Shown in pieces: positions 16,944 through 27,407 of a DNA stretch of 64,000 bases (the first letter of the stretch is position 1; every line of letters starts with the position of its first letter). A program made the translations under genes and the position numbers. Below the pieces are notes generated by a model. The model was not told the origin of the DNA and made no database searches. It saw only the letters and a program-made list of their open reading frames with translations. The DNA is from a virus. The DNA lies in the IMG/VR virus record IMGVR_UViG_3300042377_000625, positions 1 to 64,000 of that record. One strand, 5' to 3'.

Positions 16944-18284
16944 ATGGGAAACTTAAAACCAATTGGAAGTGAAAAATTACAAGGTATGGATAAAATCAAC
17001 CGTATCATTGAAATTTCTAGATATAATGAAAATACTCCGACGCCTATAAATGAAGATAAATCAATCGAATATAGAAAGACTTTATCTGACGGAAACAATT
17101 ATCAAATTGTTAAAGAAAAAAATGGGTACGTAATTAAAAAATCACTAACTGAATCTGTTGGTGAAAATGATTACTTAGAACCAATGAAAAATAGAAAATA
17201 CTATTCTTCTTATTCGCAAGCGTTCAAACGTCTTAACTTAATTGCTAAAGAGGTTAATATTAATGAAGGATATGAATCAAATGTTTCATTATTTGGTGAG
17301 AGCGATATTGATGAAAAAGCGGCGACAAAATACATTTTGAAAATGGGGGAAACTAAGGAACAAGCGGCACCCGCTCCTGCACCCGCTCCCGCTCCTGCAC
17401 CCGCTCCCGCTCCTGCACCCTCACCCGCTCCTGCACCGACAGACGATTTAGGTATGGAAGATGATATGAGTATGGAAGAACCTGAAGGTGAAGAAATGGA
17501 ACAACCTGAAGAAGATGAAGTTATTACATTAAAAGTTATTCAAAAATTAACAGGTAAATTAGCTCAGAAATTAAGAGCTTTCCAAGACACTCAAGAAGAT
17601 GAGGAACCAATGACATCTAAAGACATTAAATATGTTATTAATTCTATCTTATCAGCATTGAATTTAGAATCATTGGATGAAGAAGATAAAGAAGATATTT
17701 TAAATAAACTTGAGGGTATTGAATCTGAGGAAGAATTTGGTGGTGAAGAAATGGATATGGAAGAACCTGAGGGTGACGAAATGGGTATGGAAGAACCTGA
17801 AGGTGAAATGGCTGAGGGTGATTCTGGCATGTTTGATGATGAAGACGAAGCACTTTCTGCGGGTAAAAAATTAGCAGATAATATTTTTGGTGAAGGTCAT
17901 GATGAAGAAGATGGTGAAGAATATCGTTCAAAAATTAAAGGTGTTAACCCAAAACATGGTAAACACATGGAAGATGTTATCGAAGGACTTTTTACCGAAT
18001 CTAAAGTTGATGACATATTAAAAAAATACTTCAAGGTTGAGGAAAACGAACGTAATTTAATCGAAGCTAAAAAACAAAAACTTAATTTAATTAAAGAAAA
18101 CAAATCAAAAACGATTAGTAAAATTAAGATTGTTTCTGAAAGTATTTCTCAAGAAGTTGCATCAACTAAATTGGTTTCCAAATACCCTAACGCTAAATTA
18201 GTGGGTAAAACAAATCACAAAAATTTAGTTTTTGAAATGAATAATAAACAACTTAGAGTTACGGTTAAAGGTCAGATACTATAA
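16944..18284 (+). CDS. acidic virion/prohead-associated protein with (PA)n linker
   Basis: 446 aa, many [LIV]xE motifs, TATTTAT upstream, located in the head region. Confidence 0.65.
   Translation: MGNLKPIGSEKLQGMDKINRIIEISRYNENTPTPINEDKSIEYRKTLSDGNNYQIVKEKNGYVIKKSLTESVGENDYLEPMKNRKYYSSYSQAFKRLNLIAKEVNINEGYESNVSLFGESDIDEKAATKYILKMGETKEQAAPAPAPAPAPAPAPAPAPSPAPAPTDDLGMEDDMSMEEPEGEEMEQPEEDEVITLKVIQKLTGKLAQKLRAFQDTQEDEEPMTSKDIKYVINSILSALNLESLDEEDKEDILNKLEGIESEEEFGGEEMDMEEPEGDEMGMEEPEGEMAEGDSGMFDDEDEALSAGKKLADNIFGEGHDEEDGEEYRSKIKGVNPKHGKHMEDVIEGLFTESKVDDILKKYFKVEENERNLIEAKKQKLNLIKENKSKTISKIKIVSESISQEVASTKLVSKYPNAKLVGKTNHKNLVFEMNNKQLRVTVKGQIL
17366..17438 (+). repeat. in-frame tandem repeat encoding (AP)n
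   Basis: GCACCCGCTCCT/CCC units. Confidence 0.85.
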
Positions 18285-18694
18285 TGAGTTATTTAATATA
18301 TGTTAATGAATTAGGCCCTAATTATAAGGGAGATAACATATATGAATTCATATTTTCTGATACTTTAGAAAAAATATGGGGGGATAATTGGGAGTCAAAA
18401 CCATCAAATGGTTACCCACTACCACCTGATTTAGAATTTATACGAAAAGTAGGAACTCTAAAAGATGACCAAGTTACATTATCAGTTATCCAAAATTCTG
18501 ATTACTTCTCAATGATGGATTCTATGGATGGAGTAATTGCGATGGCTTGGGAGAACGAAAGTGATGATGTCGATTTTGACCATCAAAAAAGATTAGTGTT
18601 TAGATTCGGTGACGAAGAAACCACAGTCAAAGATAAATTATATGAACGTGATATCGTTTTAGAATTTGAAAAAAAGGTTGTCTATGAAAACTAA
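18284..18694 (+). CDS. hypothetical protein
   Basis: 136 aa; translational coupling (TAATG). Confidence 0.75.
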   Translation: MSYLIYVNELGPNYKGDNIYEFIFSDTLEKIWGDNWESKPSNGYPLPPDLEFIRKVGTLKDDQVTLSVIQNSDYFSMMDSMDGVIAMAWENESDDVDFDHQKRLVFRFGDEETTVKDKLYERDIVLEFEKKVVYEN

Positions 18695-19613
18695 CCAAAA
18701 ACAATTAAAATTAATACAACACGGGTTGAAGGCTTCCACTGTCACTAAATTAAGTGAATCACAAGTGGATATTTTGTTTAACAGACTGAATGAGTCTAAA
18801 AAAGAAAATAAAGAACAAGTTACCAAAACTACTGAGCCCGCTAAAGAAATTGTTAATATAGGAACTCAAGGAGGTGAATTACCAAATAACCCAACAGGAA
18901 AGGGATATAAGGTTGAGAAAAAACCTGATGGTACTATGAAAGCAACACCTATGGAGACTGAAATGACCGAAGACACTGATTCTGAAATGAATTGGTTAAT
19001 GAAAGGTGATACACAAGACCCAGTTCAAAAAGGACCTACAGGTGACGGTGACCCTGATTCATTACAAGAGTATAAAAATCTTGCGGAAAAATTTGAGTCT
19101 AAAAAACAACAAAAATATTTCTTCGCCAAATGCGGTGATGGTAAAACAAAAGAACAAAAAAAATGGTGTAAAATGGCTGAAGAATTTGCCGATAAAACAA
19201 ACTTTAAAAAGTTACCTGAAAAGAAAAAAACTGAAGCTAAAGAAAGCGGTTTAAATAATTTAGTTAATAAAGTTTCTGCGGCATATGCTGGTGGAGTAAA
19301 AAATAAGTTGAATTCCATCTCCCCAAGCGTTACATTTGGTGAGAACGAAATAGAGAAAAAAATTATGAAGTTAGTGGAAAAACATATCACACCAAAAATG
19401 ACTAAGCAGGAATTCCTTAATTTAGTTAAAGAACAAGGTACTAAAACGGCGCCATCAAGACCAGGGGTTAAACCTGATGTTGATACCCCAACAAGACCCT
19501 CAAAACCTGCAACACCGTACCAACCTAAGCCAGGAGTTAAACCAGCCCCTAAAGCGAAAACAAAGGTACCAAGTTGGTTATCATTTAAATCATTAGGAAT
19601 TAAATTAAAGTAA
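18684..19613 (+). CDS. hypothetical (probable head-associated) protein
   Basis: EKFESKKQQKYFFAKC segment, LxE motifs and a Pro-rich tail. Confidence 0.7.
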   Translation: MKTNQKQLKLIQHGLKASTVTKLSESQVDILFNRLNESKKENKEQVTKTTEPAKEIVNIGTQGGELPNNPTGKGYKVEKKPDGTMKATPMETEMTEDTDSEMNWLMKGDTQDPVQKGPTGDGDPDSLQEYKNLAEKFESKKQQKYFFAKCGDGKTKEQKKWCKMAEEFADKTNFKKLPEKKKTEAKESGLNNLVNKVSAAYAGGVKNKLNSISPSVTFGENEIEKKIMKLVEKHITPKMTKQEFLNLVKEQGTKTAPSRPGVKPDVDTPTRPSKPATPYQPKPGVKPAPKAKTKVPSWLSFKSLGIKLK

Positions 19614-19617
19614 GAAA

Positions 19618-20943
19618 ATGAGTCTAAATCCAAATACAGAAAAAAATCTAAAAGTTAAAAAATTTTTAGAAAAAAAATTAGTTAGTGAAGGTTTAACTAA
19701 TAGTGAACGTAGTCTTTTAAGTGAGTTAAAAAATAACTTAAAAGAAGCTCCTATTGATTATGAAGGCCCTGAAAGAATGGAACCTGGTATTGAAAGAAAA
19801 ATTACATCCAAAGGGACTCCTTATAATAACTTTCCAGCAATCCCTAATATGGATATGGATAAGGATTATATTGAATTAATCTCCTCAAAAAGATTTAAAG
19901 ATTCTGTAGATAAAGTTAGAAGAGCCATGGGTGATACCAGAGCAATCCAAGGAGCGAATCCATTAAATTCATTAATGATGACCGCAATGCAATCGCTACA
20001 AACAGTTGTGTCGATTCAAATGCAAAACAAAGAAGTTTTAGAACAACTTGCGGTTGATTTAGTTATTAAAGAAATGGGTATTCCTGAAGGAGCGATGCAG
20101 TTTGATGCTAAATTGGTTATGCAACCAATGGGAGCGTCTCAAGGAATGCAAGAAGAACCTGAAATGCCAAGTGAAGAAGAAATCGAAGAGTTTATGGGTG
20201 ATGCCGAAACATTTGATTTGGAGAGAGCGAAAAGAAGATTTATTAACTCACTTATTCAAGGGGCCGCCTTCAAAGGGGGACATATGTTTAATTTAGTTTC
20301 AAGAGAACTTAATGACGTTGACCCTAGATTAATGAATTTATACACCGTGTCGCAATCTTTAATGGAACACGCATATTGGTTATTCCCTGATATGGAAGGA
20401 ATGGCTGGCGGTGGCGGTGGTCAAATGGGACAATCAGAAGTTGATACCGAAACAGACCCACCAACAGTAAAAGCGAGGGCAATGACGTTCCCACTTTTAG
20501 TTCATGAATTGGTTAAAGGTGTTTATGAAATATTTGGTACTCACGGTTTACCTGATGACCCAAGACAACAAGAAATGATTATGAAGGCTGAGGATACTTT
20601 ACCAGCTGAGATTTGGGATTCTCGTTTAGGACCAATTTTTTGGGAAAAATTCTTAGAGGCTTACCCGATGGAATTGTTTGATGAGGATATGAAACATATC
20701 CAACACTACTTATTTATGAGATTTTCTAAATTAAATGCTGAAGAATTTTTCAGAGTTGCTAAACTTATACTTTCAGGTAACCCACAAGGAACTCAATTTA
20801 TTCAGAGAATGGTTAATGAAATCGTTACTGAACTGAAACAATATGATGCTGAAGAAGCGTTAAGTGGTGGTGATGATGAAGAAGATGACGATGATGGATT
20901 AGATGATTTCTTAAGTGGTTTAGGTATATCAAGACCAAAATAA
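19618..20943 (+). CDS. conserved phage hypothetical protein upstream of terminase
   Basis: 441-aa ORF in the operon with terL. Confidence 0.75.
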   Translation: MSLNPNTEKNLKVKKFLEKKLVSEGLTNSERSLLSELKNNLKEAPIDYEGPERMEPGIERKITSKGTPYNNFPAIPNMDMDKDYIELISSKRFKDSVDKVRRAMGDTRAIQGANPLNSLMMTAMQSLQTVVSIQMQNKEVLEQLAVDLVIKEMGIPEGAMQFDAKLVMQPMGASQGMQEEPEMPSEEEIEEFMGDAETFDLERAKRRFINSLIQGAAFKGGHMFNLVSRELNDVDPRLMNLYTVSQSLMEHAYWLFPDMEGMAGGGGGQMGQSEVDTETDPPTVKARAMTFPLLVHELVKGVYEIFGTHGLPDDPRQQEMIMKAEDTLPAEIWDSRLGPIFWEKFLEAYPMELFDEDMKHIQHYLFMRFSKLNAEEFFRVAKLILSGNPQGTQFIQRMVNEIVTELKQYDAEEALSGGDDEEDDDDGLDDFLSGLGISRPK

Positions 20944-20949
20944 TGAAAC

Positions 20950-22719
20950 ATGTCAAATTTAACCAGAGAACAGGTACTAATAGAGTACGTAAAATGTCAT
21001 AAGGACGTACAATATGCGTTAAAAACATATCTACAAACATACGATAACACAGTTTCTAAATACGTACCGTTAGAATTATTTCCTGACCAAGTATCATTAC
21101 TTGAGGATTACGAAAATTACAACGAAAATATTGCCTTAAAATATCGACAAGCGGGTGTATCTACGGTTACCGCAGCTTGGGCTTCGATGAAACTTTCTTT
21201 TGCTAAGAAAAACAAACCCGAAAAAATCCTTATAATAGCCAATAAACTTGATACGTCATTAGAGATGGCTAACAAGATTAGAGCTTTTATCAGTCAATGG
21301 CCAAGTTGGGTCGGTATTGATTTTGCGGTAGAAAAAAACTCACAAAAACATTATAAACTAAATAACGGTAGTGAGGTTAAAGCCGTTGCAACATCTAAAG
21401 ATGCCTTACGTGGATTTACACCAACAATACTTGTATTTGATGAGGCGGCATTTATCGAGGCCGACAGTGATTTTTGGGCAGCTTGTATGGCGTCCTTATC
21501 TACAGGTGGTAAAGTAATCGTAGTCTCAACACCAAATGGTTATGACCGAATTTATTATGAGATATACGACCAAGCGTTAAGGAATATGAATGACTTCAGG
21601 ATTTCTGAAATGTATTGGTACCGTGACCCTCGTTACACAAAAGATTTATATTTGGTTAAAACCGACGATATGATTCACTATCTTTTAAATAAAGAAGAAT
21701 ACAGTGAAAAAGATATACTCAGTTGGTCCCATATACCCGCACACGAAAGAGATTATAAAGAACTGAGAGAATTAATGAATCAAGGTTATAAACCTTGCTC
21801 GTCTTGGTTTGAAGCGATGGTTAAGAAATTAAAATATGATAAACGTAAAGTATCTCAGGAGTTGGAATGTAACTTCTTAGGTTCAGGTGATAACGTATTT
21901 GATTCTAAAATGTTACAAACAATTAGAGAAAATTCTATTGTAGAACCCAAGAATAAAATGATGGGTAATGCTTTGTGGATTTGGAAAGAACCTGTCGTTG
22001 GACATAAATACATTATGGGGGTCGACGTTTCTCGTGGGGATAGTGAAGACTTTAGTTCGTTCCAAATCATTGATTTTGACGAAAGAGAACAAGTTGCGGA
22101 ATATGTTGGTAAATTACCTCCTGATACTATGGCGGAAATTTGTTATAAATGGGCCAACATGTATTCATGTTTTATTGTGATTGATATCACAGGTGGAATG
22201 GGAGTTTCCACCTCAAGAAAATTACAGGAAATGGGTTATAAAGACTTATATGTTGATGGTGTTGACACCGCTAATAAGTGGAAATACGATTCTAAGTCCC
22301 ATGAAAAAATACCAGGAATTAATTTTAATAATAAAAGAGTTCAAATTATTGCTTCATTTGAAGAAGGGATGAGACATGGGTTTAAAATCTACAGTTCAAG
22401 ACTTTTCAATGAAATGAATACTTTCATTTACATTAATGGTCGTCCTGACCACCAAAAAGGACATCATGATGACTTAATTATGTCAGTCGCCATGGCAACT
22501 TATGTTGCTGAGTCGTCATTTAGTAATTTAACTAAAGTTGTCGAACATACTAAGGCAATGATTGAGTCTTGGGCGGTTAGCAATAATGACCAAGTTGCGA
22601 AAAATTTAGAATTTAATCCTGTTATACCACACATGTCAGAAAGAATAGGTCAATATAATAATCAGAACATGTCTAAAGAAGATTATCAAAAGTACGGTTG
22701 GTTATTTGGTATTAGATAA
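20950..22719 (+). CDS. terL: terminase large subunit (T4 gp17-like)
   Basis: KYRQAGVST Walker A, LVFDEAAF Walker B, VSTPNG, QELECNF, GVDVSRG nuclease and HDDLIMS. Confidence 0.95.
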   Translation: MSNLTREQVLIEYVKCHKDVQYALKTYLQTYDNTVSKYVPLELFPDQVSLLEDYENYNENIALKYRQAGVSTVTAAWASMKLSFAKKNKPEKILIIANKLDTSLEMANKIRAFISQWPSWVGIDFAVEKNSQKHYKLNNGSEVKAVATSKDALRGFTPTILVFDEAAFIEADSDFWAACMASLSTGGKVIVVSTPNGYDRIYYEIYDQALRNMNDFRISEMYWYRDPRYTKDLYLVKTDDMIHYLLNKEEYSEKDILSWSHIPAHERDYKELRELMNQGYKPCSSWFEAMVKKLKYDKRKVSQELECNFLGSGDNVFDSKMLQTIRENSIVEPKNKMMGNALWIWKEPVVGHKYIMGVDVSRGDSEDFSSFQIIDFDEREQVAEYVGKLPPDTMAEICYKWANMYSCFIVIDITGGMGVSTSRKLQEMGYKDLYVDGVDTANKWKYDSKSHEKIPGINFNNKRVQIIASFEEGMRHGFKIYSSRLFNEMNTFIYINGRPDHQKGHHDDLIMSVAMATYVAESSFSNLTKVVEHTKAMIESWAVSNNDQVAKNLEFNPVIPHMSERIGQYNNQNMSKEDYQKYGWLFGIR

Positions 22720-22740
22720 TATTTATTAATAAAATATCAC

Positions 22741-22896
22741 ATGGGACTAACTTCTAGAAAAAAATCGGGGAACAAACTTAATGGTAGTAAATTAAACGTA
22801 CCTGGTCAGGGTATTAGTAATGTTAGACCTGGTGGTGATAATAAAATAAACCAACAAAAGGGTGACCCTAATGGAAAGAAAGGTAAACAAAATTAA
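22741..22896 (+). CDS. small basic protein (51 aa, below the ORF-track cutoff)
   Basis: MGLTSRKKSGNKLNGSKLNVPGQG...KKGKQN*, with its own TATTTAT at 22720; fills the terL-portal gap. Confidence 0.6.
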   Translation: MGLTSRKKSGNKLNGSKLNVPGQGISNVRPGGDNKINQQKGDPNGKKGKQN

Positions 22897-22933
22897 CTAT
22901 TTAATTATAGATAATTAGAATTAAATTTATTAC

Positions 22934-24778
22934 ATGGAAAACAATCAAAATAATCAATTTACAGTTTGGCAGAGGCTATCTCAAGCCTTCGGTCCTAACG
23001 CCCTGTTAAATCAAGATTATCCAACATATAAGTTAGACAAGACTGAGTTATTAAAAACGACATCAAAACAGGAATACGATAAAGAAAAATTACAAGCTCA
23101 ACAAACGTATTACTTAGCCAATCAATGGACTAAAATTGAGAGTAACTTATACACTCAAGCGGTTTATTATGAACCAACAAGATTAGCATCATTCTATGAT
23201 TATGAATCAATGGAATATACTCCTGAAATTTCGGCGGCTTTAGATATCTACGGTGAAGAATCAACAACTGTTGACCAAAATGGTTACATGTTACAAATAT
23301 ATTCAGAATCTAAACGTATTAAATCAATCTTAATTGACTTGTTTAATAATGTTTTAGATATCAATACTAATTTACCGATGTGGACAAGAAATACCGCAAA
23401 ATACGGTGATAATTTTGTTTATTTAAAATTAGATGCTGAAAAAGGTATTGTTGGATGTATGCAATTACCAAATATTGAGATTGAACGACTTGAAAGAGGT
23501 ATGGCGGCAAAATCGGCAAACGTCGAGGAACCCGCAGAAAATAAAGGTTTAAGATTTAAGTGGAAGGCTAAAGACATGGAATTTAATTCATGGGAAATTG
23601 CCCACTTTAGATTATTAGGTGATGATAGAAAATTACCTTATGGTACTTCTATGTTAGAAAAAGCGAGACGTATTTGGAAACAATTATTATTATCGGAAGA
23701 CGCAATGTTAATCTATCGTACCTCAAGAGCCCCTGAAAGACGTGTCTTTAAAGTCTTTGTAGGTAATATGGACGATAAAGATGTTGAGTCGTATGTACAA
23801 CGTGTTGCGAACAAATTCAAACGTAGTCAGGTTGTTGATAGTCAATCAGGTAATGTTGATATGAGATTTAATCAAATGGCGGTTGACCAAGATTATTTTA
23901 TTCCTGTACGTGACCCTGCTCAAGCATCTCCAATTGAGACTCTACCAGGTGCACAGAATTTAGCGGAGATTGCCGATATTGAATACATCCAAAAGAAATT
24001 ATTAACCGCCCTTAGAGTTCCTAAAGCGTTTTTAGGGTTTGAGGAAGTTGTTGGTGATGGTAAGAATTTATCATTACAAGATATCCGTTTCGCAAGAACA
24101 ATTAATAGAATTCAAAAATCTATGATTGCGGAAATGAATAAAATAGCTATCATCCATTTATTCTTATTAGGGTTTGAAGATGAATTGTCAAACTTTACAT
24201 TAGGTTTAACTAACCCATCAACACAGGCCGATTTATTAAAAATTGATGTTTGGAAAGAAAAAGTTTTATTATATAAAGATGCAGTAACGGCAATCGAAGG
24301 TATTGCACCAGTTTCTGTAACTTGGGCTAAGAAACACGTATTAGGATTCTCTGATGAAGAAATTAAATTAGATTTACAACAACAACGTATTGAAAAAGCG
24401 GTTGGTGCTGAATTAACTAACACGGCGACTATTATCAGTCATACAGGTGTATTTGACAATATTGATAAACTATATGGTGTTAAATCAGGCGCAACTCAAA
24501 CTGTGGGAGCAACCCCACCACCTCCAGGAGGTGAATCAAGTGGTGGAGGATTAGGAGCACCTGAAGATATGGGTGGAGGGGCTCCAATACCACCACCACC
24601 AGGACCTGAACCAGGAGGTGAAGCGGAGATAACACCTGAATCATATAAACGTGATAACTTAACAATTTTATTAGAAAGTGATAACTTAACAGATTCGGAT
24701 TCATTTATTGATTTGTCTAAAGCAAGAAATTCTTTAGGTGAAATGGAAAAAGAGTTAAACAAACTTCTAAAAGACTGA
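22934..24778 (+). CDS. portal protein (T4 gp20-like)
   Basis: YESMEYTPEISAALDIY, EDAMLIYRTSRAPERRVF, DYFIPVR, IETLPGAQNL, ALRVPKAFL and DIRFARTI. Confidence 0.95.
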   Translation: MENNQNNQFTVWQRLSQAFGPNALLNQDYPTYKLDKTELLKTTSKQEYDKEKLQAQQTYYLANQWTKIESNLYTQAVYYEPTRLASFYDYESMEYTPEISAALDIYGEESTTVDQNGYMLQIYSESKRIKSILIDLFNNVLDINTNLPMWTRNTAKYGDNFVYLKLDAEKGIVGCMQLPNIEIERLERGMAAKSANVEEPAENKGLRFKWKAKDMEFNSWEIAHFRLLGDDRKLPYGTSMLEKARRIWKQLLLSEDAMLIYRTSRAPERRVFKVFVGNMDDKDVESYVQRVANKFKRSQVVDSQSGNVDMRFNQMAVDQDYFIPVRDPAQASPIETLPGAQNLAEIADIEYIQKKLLTALRVPKAFLGFEEVVGDGKNLSLQDIRFARTINRIQKSMIAEMNKIAIIHLFLLGFEDELSNFTLGLTNPSTQADLLKIDVWKEKVLLYKDAVTAIEGIAPVSVTWAKKHVLGFSDEEIKLDLQQQRIEKAVGAELTNTATIISHTGVFDNIDKLYGVKSGATQTVGATPPPPGGESSGGGLGAPEDMGGGAPIPPPPGPEPGGEAEITPESYKRDNLTILLESDNLTDSDSFIDLSKARNSLGEMEKELNKLLKD

Positions 24779-24798
24779 TATTTATAAATAAAAAAGAG

Positions 24799-25518
24799 AT
24801 GACAAATTTTGGAATAATTAAATCGAAGATAGAAGATGTGTTATTAGAATCATATAAAAACAACACATTTAAACAAGAATTCAAAAACTTTAAAAAGTTA
24901 GTTTTAGAAAATAAAAAAATATGCAAACTTTTTTATTTATATGATGATTTATCTTCTAATAAAGGATTATCGGAATCTATCGTTAATGAATATGTGAATG
25001 AATGTATAACCATTTATGAAAATACCATTAATAAAATACAAGAGTCGGATATTACACCATTAAAGTCTTGGATTAAAAATTCTAAGGTTGACAATCAGTA
25101 TAATAATATTGATAATTTATTCTCGAGAGATGTCCTAACAATCGAATCAAGAATAACTAGTAAAAAATACATTTCAGAATCTCTTAAGAAATTACCTATC
25201 AAGAAAGCAGATACTGTTCAAATATCGCTAACTTCTATGGTTAATGTTGCAAATAAAACAATCACAAATTTTATTGATTCATTAACTGAGTCAGATAAAA
25301 AAGAATTAACAAAACTTTTATCTGAAGATGACGTTACTTTAAACCAAAAATTTGATGATGTTAAAAAAAGTGTTGTAACTAAATTAACTGAAATGAAAAA
25401 TAATAATGAAGATAACTCAACTCAAACAAGAATTGATGAAACTCTTGATAAAGTAATTTCAGAAAAATACGACAAGTTAACTTATTTCAAACTTAAAAGT
25501 TTGAATGAGAATCTTTAA
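24799..25518 (+). CDS. hypothetical head-module protein
   Basis: 239 aa directly after portal; TATTTAT upstream. Confidence 0.7.
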   Translation: MTNFGIIKSKIEDVLLESYKNNTFKQEFKNFKKLVLENKKICKLFYLYDDLSSNKGLSESIVNEYVNECITIYENTINKIQESDITPLKSWIKNSKVDNQYNNIDNLFSRDVLTIESRITSKKYISESLKKLPIKKADTVQISLTSMVNVANKTITNFIDSLTESDKKELTKLLSEDDVTLNQKFDDVKKSVVTKLTEMKNNNEDNSTQTRIDETLDKVISEKYDKLTYFKLKSLNENL

Positions 25519-25709
25519 TCGTTATTTGATTTATATTTTTTCTGAACGTATTTCGCTTTTGAAATCATATTCCTATTTTTAACAGATTTTTTTTGGAATT
25601 CTTTTCGTTCATTTAATTCCTTACTTTGCCTTGTCTTTATGACTTTGCTTTTGTAAATTTTTAACGCTTTTTCAAGAGTTACATTTTTTTCTACCTTTAT
25701 GATTAACAT
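25515..25709 (-). CDS. rpsU: ribosomal protein bS21
   Basis: MLIIKV...LEKALK.YKSKV.KT...EL.ERKEF.KKSV..R....KAKY matches the Bacteroidota-type bS21 pattern. Confidence 0.88.
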   Translation of the reverse strand: MLIIKVEKNVTLEKALKIYKSKVIKTRQSKELNERKEFQKKSVKNRNMISKAKYVQKKYKSNND

Positions 25710-25796
25710 GTTTTTGTGAGTTTATATTTATTTTGACTATTGCAGTAAATATACCTATTTTTATTAAAACAATAAACTTAGAAATTATGAAATTTA

Positions 25797-26267
25797 ATGA
25801 AAAAGGGTAAAACCTCACACATTCACGGATTCAACACTGCCAAGGTAGTATATGGAACAGTTGATTCGATGAATTTAAAGTCACTCTATCTTAACATCCA
25901 AACATGGGTAGAACCAACTACAGAGTGCGAAAATTGGACAAGGACAGTTCTCAATATGAGCAGAGCCATAAAACATTCGGTCTACGAATCCTTAGATAAA
26001 GAGTTATTTGATGATAAATTTATAGTAGATTTAGATTTAAGGTCCAGCGGATTAAATCAAGGTAAAAAATCTTTTATGAACTTAGAGATTAATTTCTTTT
26101 TAAATCATGAAGGACATGACTTTAAATCAAAAGAAATTAAAGATTCACTTAAAGATATTACTAATAGAATTTTTTACGAAAACTTTATCGGTAACGATTA
26201 CTTCAACTTTTATCTAACTAAAAAAATCAAAACAAACGATGATACGCTACAATTAGAGAATGTTTAA
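25797..26267 (+). CDS. hypothetical protein
   Basis: 156-aa ORF divergent from bS21. Confidence 0.75.
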   Translation: MKKGKTSHIHGFNTAKVVYGTVDSMNLKSLYLNIQTWVEPTTECENWTRTVLNMSRAIKHSVYESLDKELFDDKFIVDLDLRSSGLNQGKKSFMNLEINFFLNHEGHDFKSKEIKDSLKDITNRIFYENFIGNDYFNFYLTKKIKTNDDTLQLENV

Positions 26268-26289
26268 TATTTATAATAAAACATTTGAG

Positions 26290-27018
26290 ATGAATTTAAG
26301 AATTTTACAACCAACTGAAATAGGTAAAGGTATATTAATAGAATACGATGCGGGTTACGTATCACCAACAGATACACATAATGCTAAGGTTATTAAAGAA
26401 TCTAAAGGTAATATGTTAGACCACTCTAAACCATTTGAATTTTATGCGGTATTACAGAAATATAATACCCCAAACAGAAATGGTAGAATATACCCTGAAC
26501 GTATTTTAAAAAGAGAATCAGAAAACTATAAAAAAATGATAGAAAAGGGCACCGCTCTTTCAGAGTTAAATCACCCTGAATCGTCATTAATTGATTTAGA
26601 TAGAGTTTCTCATGCAATAACTGAAATATGGTGGGAAGGTCCTGTACTAATGGGTAAGATACAATTACTTACATCACCAGGATTCCACGAAAGAGGTATT
26701 GTATCAACTAAAGGAGATTTAGCCGCTAATTACCTAAGACAAGGAGTTACGTTAGGAATCTCTTCAAGAGGAGTTGGTTCCCTTAAAAAAGTTGGTGAAC
26801 AGAATGAGGTCCAAGAAGATTTTGAATTAATCTGTTTTGACTTAGTATCCTCACCATCAACACCAGGAGCGTATTTATTCCAAAATCCTGAAGATAGATT
26901 TAACTTTGAGGAGAACTTGGAAGAGGAGAAAAAAATGAAAGTCGAAAGACAAGTTGGGGAAAGTGGAAATAAATCACTTGACTTAATGAAAAAATTGAAC
27001 GATTATTTAGGATATTAA
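26290..27018 (+). CDS. prohead protease (T4 gp21-like)
   Basis: NRNGRIYP, ELNHPE, VSH, GISSRGVGS and FDLVSSPSTPGAY. Confidence 0.93.
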   Translation: MNLRILQPTEIGKGILIEYDAGYVSPTDTHNAKVIKESKGNMLDHSKPFEFYAVLQKYNTPNRNGRIYPERILKRESENYKKMIEKGTALSELNHPESSLIDLDRVSHAITEIWWEGPVLMGKIQLLTSPGFHERGIVSTKGDLAANYLRQGVTLGISSRGVGSLKKVGEQNEVQEDFELICFDLVSSPSTPGAYLFQNPEDRFNFEENLEEEKKMKVERQVGESGNKSLDLMKKLNDYLGY

Positions 27019-27032
27019 AAAAAAATTATAAC

Positions 27033-27242
27033 ATGGACGAAAAGTATTTTATTGCAAAAATCACAACCGATATGATTGATGAAAAATCGGGAAAACTTAA
27101 AAAATTAAGAGAAGAAAAATTAGTAAAAGGTTATAACCCTACTGATGTTGAGGCCAAAGTAACGAAAGTTTTTGAGAACTACACACAGGATTGGAGACTA
27201 ACTGCAATTGTTGAAAGTAAAATAGATGAAGTGATAGAATAA
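27033..27242 (+). CDS. DUF4494-like small protein
   Basis: YFIAKI....GK.KK..E..LV....TDVEAKV pattern resembles a Bacteroidota family (recalled). Confidence 0.5.
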   Translation: MDEKYFIAKITTDMIDEKSGKLKKLREEKLVKGYNPTDVEAKVTKVFENYTQDWRLTAIVESKIDEVIE

Positions 27243-27407
27243 AATCTTTACATTTCAATAATAATAAAAGGGGGACATTTGTCCCCTTTTTTGTTTTTTA
27301 TCAAAATGGTAATATTTATAATAAATAAAAAACCAATTATCAAATTAGTTTAATTAAAACTTTTTTGATATTGGGAGATATTTATATAGTAAATTAAAAA
27401 CATACAA

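Noticed and set aside
20950-22719. Intein or intron in terminase (or in portal and capsid genes)
   Set aside because: Lengths are ordinary, ORFs are continuous and no splicing motifs were seen.
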